From Promethearchaeota archaeon (lineage in GTDB: Archaea > Asgardarchaeota > Lokiarchaeia > Sigyniarchaeales > SOKP01), in assembly GCA_019058295.1 (NCBI GenBank), contig JAHPZI010000028.1:32001-96000 (forward strand): 64,000 bases of DNA, written 5' to 3'. The notes under the pieces were generated by a model, which was not told the origin of the DNA, did no database searches, and saw nothing but the letters and a program-made list of their open reading frames with translations. The position numbers and the translations under genes were made by a program. This document shows, one piece after another, positions 30,301 to 38,651 of this stretch (position 1 is the stretch's first letter; each line of letters starts with the position of its first letter).

Positions 30301-30769
30301 TATAAGTAAAGGATTTGAGATGGATTATCACGACTTTAAAATTGATATGGTGGATGGCAAATATATTCGAACTGCGTTAATTTTAGAAGGAATTCCATCC
30401 AAACAATTAAAAAAAAATCAGGAAATGTTTACAAATAGTTTTGAAACAAAATTTAGCTCATTATTAGTGGATTTTACCGGAGATGTCAAGCCATTAAAAG
30501 AAACTGACGATTTAATTGAGGAATTTTTCAATATTTCTTTAATGTATCCGTTTCAATTAAGTTCGAATTGGAAAGCTGCTAAATTGAAGAAATTAGAGAA
30601 TGCGTTATTAGAAGTTGCCGAACAGATGCAAAAAGAGAGAAAATACTTCTTTATTTCCAGTTTATTGAATTATGGACTAGCTGGACGAAAAGAATCAAAA
30701 AATCAAATAATAAGTACTTTAATTGATCTCAAGCGGAAAAATTTGCTTGTTCCAGTTAAAATTGATTAA
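27329..30769 (+). CDS. Single-pass receptor-like surface protein (paralog A): large beta-rich ectodomain, Ig-like domain, TM, cytoplasmic longin-like domain
   Basis: Signal peptide from ATG 27329 (track start 27272); TTDSDGEAT Ig-like motif; TM LLPYILIGLAALFTFIAL; IMVIHKDAGLTLYSK...DSDLIGGFITAISQF. Confidence 0.8.
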   Translation: MKFLKNKRFLALFIISSMILSFMCAFIGDINHTNLSGKETQNDPLRDNEYGETLKLSANVVSQFDSRGKVFSSGTFSSQNCYINNEQPALNIRPSIYEPNFYMSYALMNINNLEAVNYTKEIESSFTEFIENDKNEEMYVFQKFAIQISQYINNVSILIRDEYQGHLDTPPEAIYTYTNQWEVAIVNCSDDGYKTPNHDTTLGSLRIKHEDTVELHWEVFNFKNEGDGPIFLNINKTASTKVNEIEKYWFALRIRIPPNDESQGGGIKKLSFNPDGGDSNFRGEGDIFQYGGYTIINKTMNDVVENKTIVGQNIDGNITSFRNIDNDRYIAQNDTSNNLTIQITYDLANLSLLFGNEDLKRPLTYGEILWAYTFNFFGFQDLWYYSHFIFLYSINFTIATNISDTDIIRNADLYAYSRTESKWVNISKFVNLNTDNETLQSYLIRDPDEKIEFLRLLNHPWFPQGNPNNTLVFRLVYNGTGTSNYNVSINKFTVEIGEYDIKEGVHASEPIIVDDYYANKVNVDNGTVITPQDEVISTLKYNDNEFFKAQADTDNLTIIFELEVLKDLDSSLWDIDLYDWILVSPNPIVPKMEFIVSSNTSIKDTKYISLATLEIYKGNKTSEYLSPEQNKQEWVMISETNRTFANSVKSRNVTTQDEGFTWLFLNFLNDSDRRVFLRLRFETNTTLFSGFNVSIDQFKVNIDVKYFSDISSSIGFGINSATLKPEDIQMQIFEKNVINRGNQKGSWSAYLENFEPIKGTFIFDITSNWYAIKFDVSGSYTIYKYAVDLDFIDDLDTQYMIGTEHFTVEATDGLGNPISGLDIIFELLDADEKVVDKDISTTDSDGEATGSLEFDEVGDSFKIRVTYEEAGIYASEDIESDEFRIVDEFTIFMDNFLFLLPYILIGLAALFTFIALRHRKLSKLREYWAGEAIVLDDLSKISYIMVIHKDAGLTLYSKKISMELDSDLIGGFITAISQFKSEIKKPVDEFDISKGFEMDYHDFKIDMVDGKYIRTALILEGIPSKQLKKNQEMFTNSFETKFSSLLVDFTGDVKPLKETDDLIEEFFNISLMYPFQLSSNWKAAKLKKLENALLEVAEQMQKERKYFFISSLLNYGLAGRKESKNQIISTLIDLKRKNLLVPVKID

Positions 30770-30800
30770 TATTTTCTTTATTTTCTTCTTTATATTAATT

Positions 30801-30977
30801 ATGGCTGATAAAAAAAGGAAATTTTGGACAGTTGGACAAATAGATGCTACTGGGGTAAGAGGCCCTCATGAAAAAGAACTTGAAGATATTAGCAATGCTA
30901 AGAGTTCTCTCTTCATCGACATAGATATGAATATAATCATTAAAATATATCAAATAAATAATTATATTAGAATATAA
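30801..30977 (+). pseudogene. Truncated duplicate of the 5' end of the 34475-35287 gene
   Basis: MADKKRKFWTVGQIDATGVRGPHEKELEDISNAK matches the N-terminus of 34475, then diverges and stops. Confidence 0.85.
30806..30902 (+). repeat. 97-nt exact direct repeat, copy 1 (copy 2 at 34480-34576; offset 3674 nt)
   Basis: Read base by base: TGATAAAAAAAGGAAATTTTGG...AGCAATGCTAAG is identical in both copies. Confidence 0.92.
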
Positions 30978-31080
30978 TACTAGTTTATTAAAGTAAAAAA
31001 TATTGGACTATAGAAAAAATATATTCAAATATTTATTTTAGTATCGCAAATATATTTAATAAAAATTAGGAGAACGGAAA

Positions 31081-34000
31081 ATGATAACTTTAAAAAAAAA
31101 AACATTTTTCTTGCTTTTTTTTATAATATGCATGAATATTTCTATTTTCGTTGTTTCTTCCAACGAAAATCCTTTAGCTAATCAAGAAGATAATGACTTA
31201 AAATCTTTAAAAACTTCTGGTATAGAAAGTGGAGGAAAGCTATACACTCAAGAAAAGGTTCAAATCCAAAATTGTTATATTAATAATAAAGAACCCGGAC
31301 TAAATCGATTACCAAATATTTTCATTAAGAATAGCTTTCTTTCAAATGCTCATATATCTTTTGATAATATAATAGCCCATAACTTTACATACGATCTTGA
31401 ACCTGAATATACAGCAACATTTAAAACCAGATCGTATTCAGAACCTACATATATCTATCAAAAATTTTGGGTAGAAAGGAGCCAATATATTAACAACATT
31501 AGTATTTATATCCTTGATGAAATCAATGAAAATGATTATAATGAGCAAAATTCATGGGAAGTTGCTATAGTGAATTGTTCAAATGATTTATATGGAACAC
31601 CCAATGACACAATTCAAGCACCTTTAGTAAACCCTCATCCCCGGAATGCTATTCCCCATTGGGAACATTTTGATTTTTTAAACTCTGAAGTTGGACCAAT
31701 ATATCTAGATATAAATAATACATACTTCACAATAGAAAATGGATTTATTAAATATTGGTTTGCAATCAGAATAAAAATGCCTCCGAATGATTTTTGGTTA
31801 GGAGGAGGTGATAAATATCTTTTTTTTAAACCAGATGGTGATGATCCTAATGATATTGGAGCGGGGGAAACATTTGCTCAGGGTCAATTTGGTTATGGTT
31901 CTCATCGCAAGCAATTTTCTCAAACCAATGTAAGTAGCATTAATATTATAAATGGCACAAAAAAACTTGGGGGAATCCCTTCATTCGCATTTTTTGACAA
32001 TAATAGATTTATAGTTCAATCAAATTCGAATAATATAACATTAGAGGCGACACTTGATTTTGATAATACAAATAATTGGTTATTCTGGTTTATTAAAGAA
32101 GAACTTCCCAGCGTTTGGGATACGGAGTATAAACCAATATACGGATTGGAATGGGAAGAATTCTGGAATCTATTGCATCCTTATCTCCTATTTGGATTTG
32201 ACTTTAATATAGCAACAAATATAAGCGATATTGGCAATATCCTTAATGCTGATATGTTTCTATTCAATTCAACTGATAATACTTGGATGAATATATCCCA
32301 GTATATAAATGTGAAACAAGAAGATGAAACTTTAATTACTATTAGTGTTAGAGATCGTGAGGGTAAAGATGATATTTTATCATTAATGGGTGATGGGATG
32401 CCAGTGGGGAATTATAACCTTACTGTCAAATTTAATTATACAAGTAATGATGGTGCTGTTTTTAACGTATCATTTAATGAATTCACTATAGATGTTTTAA
32501 CATTAGATGAAATTTCTCCGCTTCAGATATTTGATCCCGGAATACAAGATTTATTTTATCCTATTAGTGCCACGGTGGATCCGAATACAGGAGAAACAAT
32601 CGGGAATCCAGATTTAGATGCATTGGAATTAAATGATGGTAATTACTTTATAGCCAATTCTATAGATGATAATCTCACAATTGAATTTGAATTTAACTTA
32701 GTTCCCTATTTGAACAATTCATTATGGACTATGGACGAATATGAATACCAATATGTCTATCCAAATCCCACGATTCCTGAAATGACTTTAAGGCTGAGTT
32801 CTAAGGTTAGTATAAAGGGAAATTCTTCGGTGCAAAATAATTTAACTACTGCTGTTTTAGAAATTTATGTACCTGAAGAAATGGAATGGTATCCAGTGTG
32901 GTTCGAAGATTTATTGGCTCATGAAAATGAGTTTCAAATACCTGCCAGTGTAAATGTTACAAGCTCTTTGTTTATTTTACAAATGACCAACTCTTCTTAT
33001 CAAAAAAATTCTCTTAAATTTCGGTTGAGATATGAATGGAATGAAGCTCAAACACCCCCTCCCGGAGGTTTTAATGTTACTATTGATGAATTTAGTTTCG
33101 ATATCACCGTTCAAAATGCAAAATCCTCTGATTTTTCTTCTTTGATAGGATTCGGCTTAAATAATGATGCGATAAAGCCCTCCGATATTTCCATGGAAGT
33201 TCAGGGTACCAGTGTGGCAGATGATGGTACATGGAGTGGTGATATTGCTAATGGTATTCCCAACTCAGATGGATATTTTGAATTTAACATAACATCGCGA
33301 TGGGAAGCAGTTAGTTTTAACGTGACAATAACGTATGACGTATTTAAATACCTAATTGAAATAGATTTCAAAGATGATTTTGAAGAGCAATATATGACTG
33401 GAACAGAATATTTTACTATAGAGGTAACTAATAGTATTGGTCAACCGATCTCAGGTCTAGAAATAATTTTTGAATTGATCGATGCAGATGATAAAGTAAT
33501 CGATGAAGACACAGATATTACTGATTTGGATGGAGAAGCAACGGGTTCTCTAGAAATGGATGAGATAGGGGATGGCTTTTATGTTAAAGTCAGTTATGAG
33601 CAAGTTGGAATATATGCAAGTGAAGATAAAGAATCCGATGAATTTAGGGTGGTTGATGAATTTACAATATTTATGGATAATTTTCTACTATTATTGCCAT
33701 ATATTCTTATTGGATTGGCAGCACTTTTTACATTTATAGCCCTCCGGCATCGAAAGTTAAGCAAATTGCGAGAATTCTGGGAGGAAGAATCTATAGTTTT
33801 AGAAGACTTGTTAAAAATTTCACACATCATGATCATACATAAAGATACGGGATTAACTCTTTATAGTAAGCAAACTTCTATGGAACTCGATTCGGATTTA
33901 ATAAGTGGATTTTTAACTGCCATTTCACAATTTAGAAGCGAAATTAAAAAACCTGTTGATGATTTTGACATAAGTACAGGATTTGAGATGGATTATCACG

Positions 34001-34437
34001 ACTTTAAAATTGATATAGTGGATGGCAAATATATACGAACTGCGTTAATTTTAGAAGGAATCCCATCCGAACAATTAAAAAAAAATCAGGAAATGTTTAC
34101 AAATAGTTTTGAAACAAAATTTAGCTCATTATTAGTGGATTTTACAGGAGATGTCAAGCCATTCAGAGAAACTGACAATTTAATTGAGAGATTTTTCAAT
34201 ATTTCTCTGATGTATCCATTTCAATTAGGTTCGAATTGGAAATCAGCAAAATTAAAAAAATTAGAAACAGCTTTATTAGAAGTAGCCGAACAGATGCAAA
34301 AAGAGAGAAAATACTTCTTTATTTCCAATTTATTGAATTACGGACTAGCTGGACGGAAAGAATCAAAAAATCAAATCGTAAGTACTATACTCTCACTTAA
34401 ACGGAAAGATTTAATTGTTCCAATTGATATTGATTAA
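31081..34437 (+). CDS. Single-pass receptor-like surface protein (paralog B)
   Basis: Same architecture as 27329-30769. Shared ectodomain motifs QNCYINN, WEVAIVNCS and KYWFA; TM and cytoplasmic domain are nearly identical. Confidence 0.8.
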   Translation: MITLKKKTFFLLFFIICMNISIFVVSSNENPLANQEDNDLKSLKTSGIESGGKLYTQEKVQIQNCYINNKEPGLNRLPNIFIKNSFLSNAHISFDNIIAHNFTYDLEPEYTATFKTRSYSEPTYIYQKFWVERSQYINNISIYILDEINENDYNEQNSWEVAIVNCSNDLYGTPNDTIQAPLVNPHPRNAIPHWEHFDFLNSEVGPIYLDINNTYFTIENGFIKYWFAIRIKMPPNDFWLGGGDKYLFFKPDGDDPNDIGAGETFAQGQFGYGSHRKQFSQTNVSSINIINGTKKLGGIPSFAFFDNNRFIVQSNSNNITLEATLDFDNTNNWLFWFIKEELPSVWDTEYKPIYGLEWEEFWNLLHPYLLFGFDFNIATNISDIGNILNADMFLFNSTDNTWMNISQYINVKQEDETLITISVRDREGKDDILSLMGDGMPVGNYNLTVKFNYTSNDGAVFNVSFNEFTIDVLTLDEISPLQIFDPGIQDLFYPISATVDPNTGETIGNPDLDALELNDGNYFIANSIDDNLTIEFEFNLVPYLNNSLWTMDEYEYQYVYPNPTIPEMTLRLSSKVSIKGNSSVQNNLTTAVLEIYVPEEMEWYPVWFEDLLAHENEFQIPASVNVTSSLFILQMTNSSYQKNSLKFRLRYEWNEAQTPPPGGFNVTIDEFSFDITVQNAKSSDFSSLIGFGLNNDAIKPSDISMEVQGTSVADDGTWSGDIANGIPNSDGYFEFNITSRWEAVSFNVTITYDVFKYLIEIDFKDDFEEQYMTGTEYFTIEVTNSIGQPISGLEIIFELIDADDKVIDEDTDITDLDGEATGSLEMDEIGDGFYVKVSYEQVGIYASEDKESDEFRVVDEFTIFMDNFLLLLPYILIGLAALFTFIALRHRKLSKLREFWEEESIVLEDLLKISHIMIIHKDTGLTLYSKQTSMELDSDLISGFLTAISQFRSEIKKPVDDFDISTGFEMDYHDFKIDIVDGKYIRTALILEGIPSEQLKKNQEMFTNSFETKFSSLLVDFTGDVKPFRETDNLIERFFNISLMYPFQLGSNWKSAKLKKLETALLEVAEQMQKERKYFFISNLLNYGLAGRKESKNQIVSTILSLKRKDLIVPIDID

Positions 34438-34474
34438 AAATTTATTTTTTTCATTCTTTATATTTATATTAATT

Positions 34475-35287
34475 ATGATTGATAAAAAAAGGAAATTTTG
34501 GACAGTTGGACAAATAGATGCTACTGGGGTAAGAGGCCCTCATGAAAAAGAACTTGAAGATATTAGCAATGCTAAGTGTCCTCTTTTCATCAACATTAAT
34601 ATGAATGTTCTACAAAAAATTGTAAAAGAGAGTCTTGGTGGTAAAATCGAAAATATTGGATTTGATGAAGACTGGACTATTACTATAGAGTTTTTTCCTG
34701 AAGTAAATATCCATATGGCATATTCTTATTTTGGAGATGAATTTGGGGATGGTATTGAAGCAGAATTTAAATTTTATTTTTCTGGAGAGCATGTTACATT
34801 GGTTCCGGGTGAAGATAGTGCAACTTACATCGACATAGTTATGGATTTTATAGAGAGATTACTAAAAAATAAAGAACCATTTGAGAAGGACTATGATAAA
34901 AAGACAGAACTTATGGAAAAAGTTCTTATCCAGAGGGAAAAACCATTTGAAGTCCTAAAAGAAGGGGAAGGAAACAAATTAGCAGAATTCTTGGGTGCTA
35001 AAGTATGGAAAACCTCTGAGGGCTGGAGAATTAAAAAAGAATTCTTTCCGAAAATGTTTGCTGAAATTACATGGAATAAAGAAAAAGGACTTAATATATC
35101 TTTTTCAGGGGATAATCTTAATAATATGAGTAGTTATCATGCAGAATTCTTAGGGATTTTCATAATAAACCATCTCCTAAGATTTATAACAATCCATAAT
35201 GAAAATGAAGATCTGCCTGATATCTGCTACATAATGTTTTCACGAATGTTTACAAAAGCTAAAGGTTGGGAGCATAGGAGAAGGTAG
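34475..35287 (+). CDS. Conserved hypothetical protein, two-repeat DUF3786-like fold
   Basis: ATG 34475 (track start 34415 overlaps the upstream gene). Internal repeat W.I..EFFP.....I...FSG; YFGDEFGDGIEAEFKFYF resembles DUF3786. Confidence 0.55.
   Translation: MIDKKRKFWTVGQIDATGVRGPHEKELEDISNAKCPLFININMNVLQKIVKESLGGKIENIGFDEDWTITIEFFPEVNIHMAYSYFGDEFGDGIEAEFKFYFSGEHVTLVPGEDSATYIDIVMDFIERLLKNKEPFEKDYDKKTELMEKVLIQREKPFEVLKEGEGNKLAEFLGAKVWKTSEGWRIKKEFFPKMFAEITWNKEKGLNISFSGDNLNNMSSYHAEFLGIFIINHLLRFITIHNENEDLPDICYIMFSRMFTKAKGWEHRRR
34480..34576 (+). repeat. 97-nt exact direct repeat, copy 2
   Basis: Identical to 30806-30902. Confidence 0.92.
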
Positions 35288-35326
35288 TTTTCCTACTAAA
35301 TAAAAAATAATTTTAAAAAAAAAGGT

Positions 35327-35887
35327 TTAAATAATAGCTGTCCAAAATACAGATCTTCCCTTTTTTTCTGTTCGCTTAATTCTTTGGGCATTTTCTAAAT
35401 TAGACATTAATTTCCAAATTTGTGAATTGCTTAATTTGAAATATCTCCGCAATTCTGGAGTTGACATCTCTGTGCCACTTAACAAATTTACGATTAATCT
35501 TTCAATTTCTTCTATTGTATCTTCATCAGAATCATCGGAGTCTGATTTCTCTTCATCAATAGTCTCCATCTCAGTTATAATTCTATTAGCAATTTTGCTT
35601 AGTTGTGTTATATTTCTTTCGATCCCTTGAGGTTTCATAAATAAACAGCAGAGTTCTAAATCCTTTGGAAAGGCAACAATGTAAAATTTGTCATATAATA
35701 TTGCTCTTGGCTTTTTTCCAACATTTCCTCCCCGGAAAGCTAGATAAAAGTTCATTGAGAAATCGTCTAAATTAACTAAATCTTTTGAAGTATTTTCGAA
35801 CTCCTTTTTCCATTTGAGAAATGGGCCGTCAATCATGTCAAAACCGATCAATGCGGCCCCAAATAATTCATTTTCGTTAAATTTCAC
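35327..35887 (-). CDS. uDENN/longin-like domain fused to a winged helix-turn-helix
   Basis: N-terminal AALIGFDMIDGPFLKW (FD...GP signature), acidic linker, then MSTPELRRYFKLSNSQIWKLMSNLE...IKRTEKKGRSVFW (wHTH). Confidence 0.6.
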   Translation of the reverse strand: MKFNENELFGAALIGFDMIDGPFLKWKKEFENTSKDLVNLDDFSMNFYLAFRGGNVGKKPRAILYDKFYIVAFPKDLELCCLFMKPQGIERNITQLSKIANRIITEMETIDEEKSDSDDSDEDTIEEIERLIVNLLSGTEMSTPELRRYFKLSNSQIWKLMSNLENAQRIKRTEKKGRSVFWTAII

Positions 35888-35903
35888 TTTCTTTTACACT
35901 CCT

Positions 35904-36464
35904 TTATTCTATCATATAATTTAAATCTTCTTTAAGAATATTCATAGATTCTTTTAAACTTCTTCTTATAAACACTTGATTTAATTCTTTTTTAATAATA
36001 TCGATTAATTTTTTCCGTTCGGACGATTCAATCGCTGTTAAACCGTAAGTCTTTACTTTGAGTATATCCTCAACTCTTTTTGCTTCCATTCTGCCATATT
36101 CCTTACATAAATCTTGTTTGTTCGCAATAGCAATTATGGGACAATCTTTTTCTACAATATTACTTGTGAACTCAATAAATCTTCGTGAATTTAATACATT
36201 GCGAGGACTAGAATCAGTTACTACTAATACAAGATCAGAACCTGCAAGATAATCATCTAAATAAGTTAGATAAGATGTTTGGCCTCCAAAATCCCAAACT
36301 CTTAAAGAAAACTGATCGAATTTAACCGTTTTCAAATCAAACCCTTGTGTGGGGATATAAAGTCTGTCTTTTTTTTCTATATTCTCCAATAAAAGTTTCA
36401 GAATGGTGGTTTTGCCCGTAGCGGGATGTCCAATTATCGATATTTTAACTAAATCGTTTAACAT
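35904..36464 (-). CDS. Arf/Rab-like small GTPase
   Basis: G1 GHPATGKTT, G2 YIPTQG, G3 WDFGGQ, G4 ANKQD, G5 TAI. Confidence 0.92.
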   Translation of the reverse strand: MLNDLVKISIIGHPATGKTTILKLLLENIEKKDRLYIPTQGFDLKTVKFDQFSLRVWDFGGQTSYLTYLDDYLAGSDLVLVVTDSSPRNVLNSRRFIEFTSNIVEKDCPIIAIANKQDLCKEYGRMEAKRVEDILKVKTYGLTAIESSERKKLIDIIKKELNQVFIRRSLKESMNILKEDLNYMIE

Positions 36465-36639
36465 TTCTATTCTAAAATGATTATTTAATTAATGAACAAA
36501 GAGAATTTGTGAATATTAAACTCGATCTTATCTGTGTAATATTTCTTTAGATCTCGTTTAAAAGATTCCCATAATGATTAAGTAATTATAATAAGTTGTT
36601 TAAAAAATTATAAATAATTGAAAGAATTTTAAAAAACAT

Positions 36640-37719
36640 ATGGAGGATAATAAACGAAGAGATTTGGCAAATAAATCCTTTGGCAATATTATTTCAGATG
36701 GATTTAATCTTTTTAAGAAATGTTATTGGAAATTGCTGCTACCAATGGCTTCTTTTTATATCATATATCTAATTATCAAAGTATTTCTATTAGCAGACTT
36801 ATATTTTTTATCTTACCGATTAGAAATAGAATATATTCAAATAGATCCTGAAAATGTATCTGAAGCTGATTATGATAGAATACTATTAATCGCGTTTATC
36901 GAACTTCTAATATACTTTCTAGATTTTTTGATAAGAGCAATTTTTACTGTTATAGCAATGTGCTCCGTAAGTCTTTTTGTTTATAAAAAGTATATGAATG
37001 AAGAAGTTAATTTTCTTAATCAATTTAAAAAGGCATTTAACCCAAAGATGTTACTAGTAATAATTTTAATCGGAATATGCATACCTTTAAGCATTTGGAT
37101 CTTAATGATCCCAGGACTTATCATTTTTGGAAGATATATATTTACAGTTTATACTTATAACATGGAAAATACAGAAGAAGGTACAGAAGTAATACAGAAG
37201 AAAAATCTAATTTCGAAGGCACAATTAATTTCTAAAGGTTCATTTTTGAAAATTTTTGCTATTTTTCTTATTACTATATTAATTACATTTATTATTCAAT
37301 TGGGATACTCAATTTTTCTATTATTTATTTGGAATGTGGATAATGCTACTTTATTATCATGGTATGATCCTAATAATAGAAATTATGGAATGATAATTCT
37401 TTATGAATTGATCTATGTTAATTTAGTAAATATAATCTTTATACCCTTGTTTATTTGTTTAATAACCCCCTTATTCGCAAGTTGTAAGGCACGATACGAA
37501 TTAGGAGAACTATATTATCCTCCAAAAAAACAGCCAGATTACAAACCATATCCTGCACAAGAACCTTATCCTGCACAACAATCTTATCCCGCACAGATGA
37601 ATACCTGGCAATCCAGAATTCAAGAAGGCCCTGGTATTTATTGTCCCTATTGTGGGCATAAAATTGATAATCCTATAAAATTCTGCCCTAGTTGTGGAGA
37701 ATCTATCGAATTTAAATAA
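36640..37719 (+). CDS. Multi-pass membrane protein with C-terminal zinc ribbon
   Basis: About six TM helices, a (P/S)YPAQ x3 linker and CPYCG...FCPSCG. Confidence 0.8.
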   Translation: MEDNKRRDLANKSFGNIISDGFNLFKKCYWKLLLPMASFYIIYLIIKVFLLADLYFLSYRLEIEYIQIDPENVSEADYDRILLIAFIELLIYFLDFLIRAIFTVIAMCSVSLFVYKKYMNEEVNFLNQFKKAFNPKMLLVIILIGICIPLSIWILMIPGLIIFGRYIFTVYTYNMENTEEGTEVIQKKNLISKAQLISKGSFLKIFAIFLITILITFIIQLGYSIFLLFIWNVDNATLLSWYDPNNRNYGMIILYELIYVNLVNIIFIPLFICLITPLFASCKARYELGELYYPPKKQPDYKPYPAQEPYPAQQSYPAQMNTWQSRIQEGPGIYCPYCGHKIDNPIKFCPSCGESIEFK

Positions 37720-37737
37720 TGAAAGGAAGAATTTCCC

Positions 37738-38520
37738 ATGTATTTCAACATCGAAAAAAAGATTGACTTAAACATTGATGATATTAATGATCCTGTCGTC
37801 TTGATAGGATGGCCTGGAATAGCTTTAGTCGCTAAATTAGCAATTTCTACAATTAAAGACGCGATTGACGCAGAATTATTTTTAAAAATAGAATATTTTG
37901 ATTTTCCCCCTAAAAGTACTGTTGAAGCTGGTTCATTAGATATTCCATCTGCTAAATTATATTATAAAAAAAGAAAAATTAACGATCTTTTTATATTAAC
38001 CGCAAATTTTCAACCTCAAACTCCAGAAGGCGTTTTTGAGTTCGCTAAAAGATTTTGCGAAGAAATGGACAAAATTTCAGGTGGAAAAATAAAAATGTAT
38101 CTATCTACTGGGGCCTTAATTTCGGATAATGTATCTGATAAACCTAAAGTTCATATATGTAGTACATCAAAGGATTTAATGCAATCTTTTTTAGAATTAG
38201 AAAATACTAAAATAATGGATGGTGGAATAATTGCAGGGGCAAATGGGATATTACCCGCTTATGCGGGTGCAAAAGGCTTCGCACCAGGAATTTGTCTGTT
38301 AGCTGAAACTATTCCTTTGCCAATGATGAGTTTAGACCCACGTGCCAGCAAAGCTTTAGTTAAGATATTAAAAAATTATTTTAAAATTGAAATGAATTTT
38401 GATGAATTAGATAAAAAAATTGATGAAATGAAAAATGTGTTCGAATCGTTTAAAAAACAAGCAGATTATTTTATGAAAGGTGCTCAGGAAGATCAAGGAC
38501 CAGATTCATATTTCCGATAA
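37738..38520 (+). CDS. PAC2 family proteasome assembly chaperone-like protein
   Basis: LIGWPGIALVAKLA, FQPQTPEG, IAGANGIL, GICLLAET, DPRASKAL; C-terminal SYFR. Confidence 0.85.
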   Translation: MYFNIEKKIDLNIDDINDPVVLIGWPGIALVAKLAISTIKDAIDAELFLKIEYFDFPPKSTVEAGSLDIPSAKLYYKKRKINDLFILTANFQPQTPEGVFEFAKRFCEEMDKISGGKIKMYLSTGALISDNVSDKPKVHICSTSKDLMQSFLELENTKIMDGGIIAGANGILPAYAGAKGFAPGICLLAETIPLPMMSLDPRASKALVKILKNYFKIEMNFDELDKKIDEMKNVFESFKKQADYFMKGAQEDQGPDSYFR

Positions 38521-38651
38521 CATCTTTTTCTTTTTCGATAAATATTAAATTGAAATTCTTATTTAAACAAATTTTTAATGAAAAAATCCTTAATTTAACT
38601 AAAAAATTAAATTAAATAATTAAAAAAAAAATCAAGGTTGAGATTTAAGAT

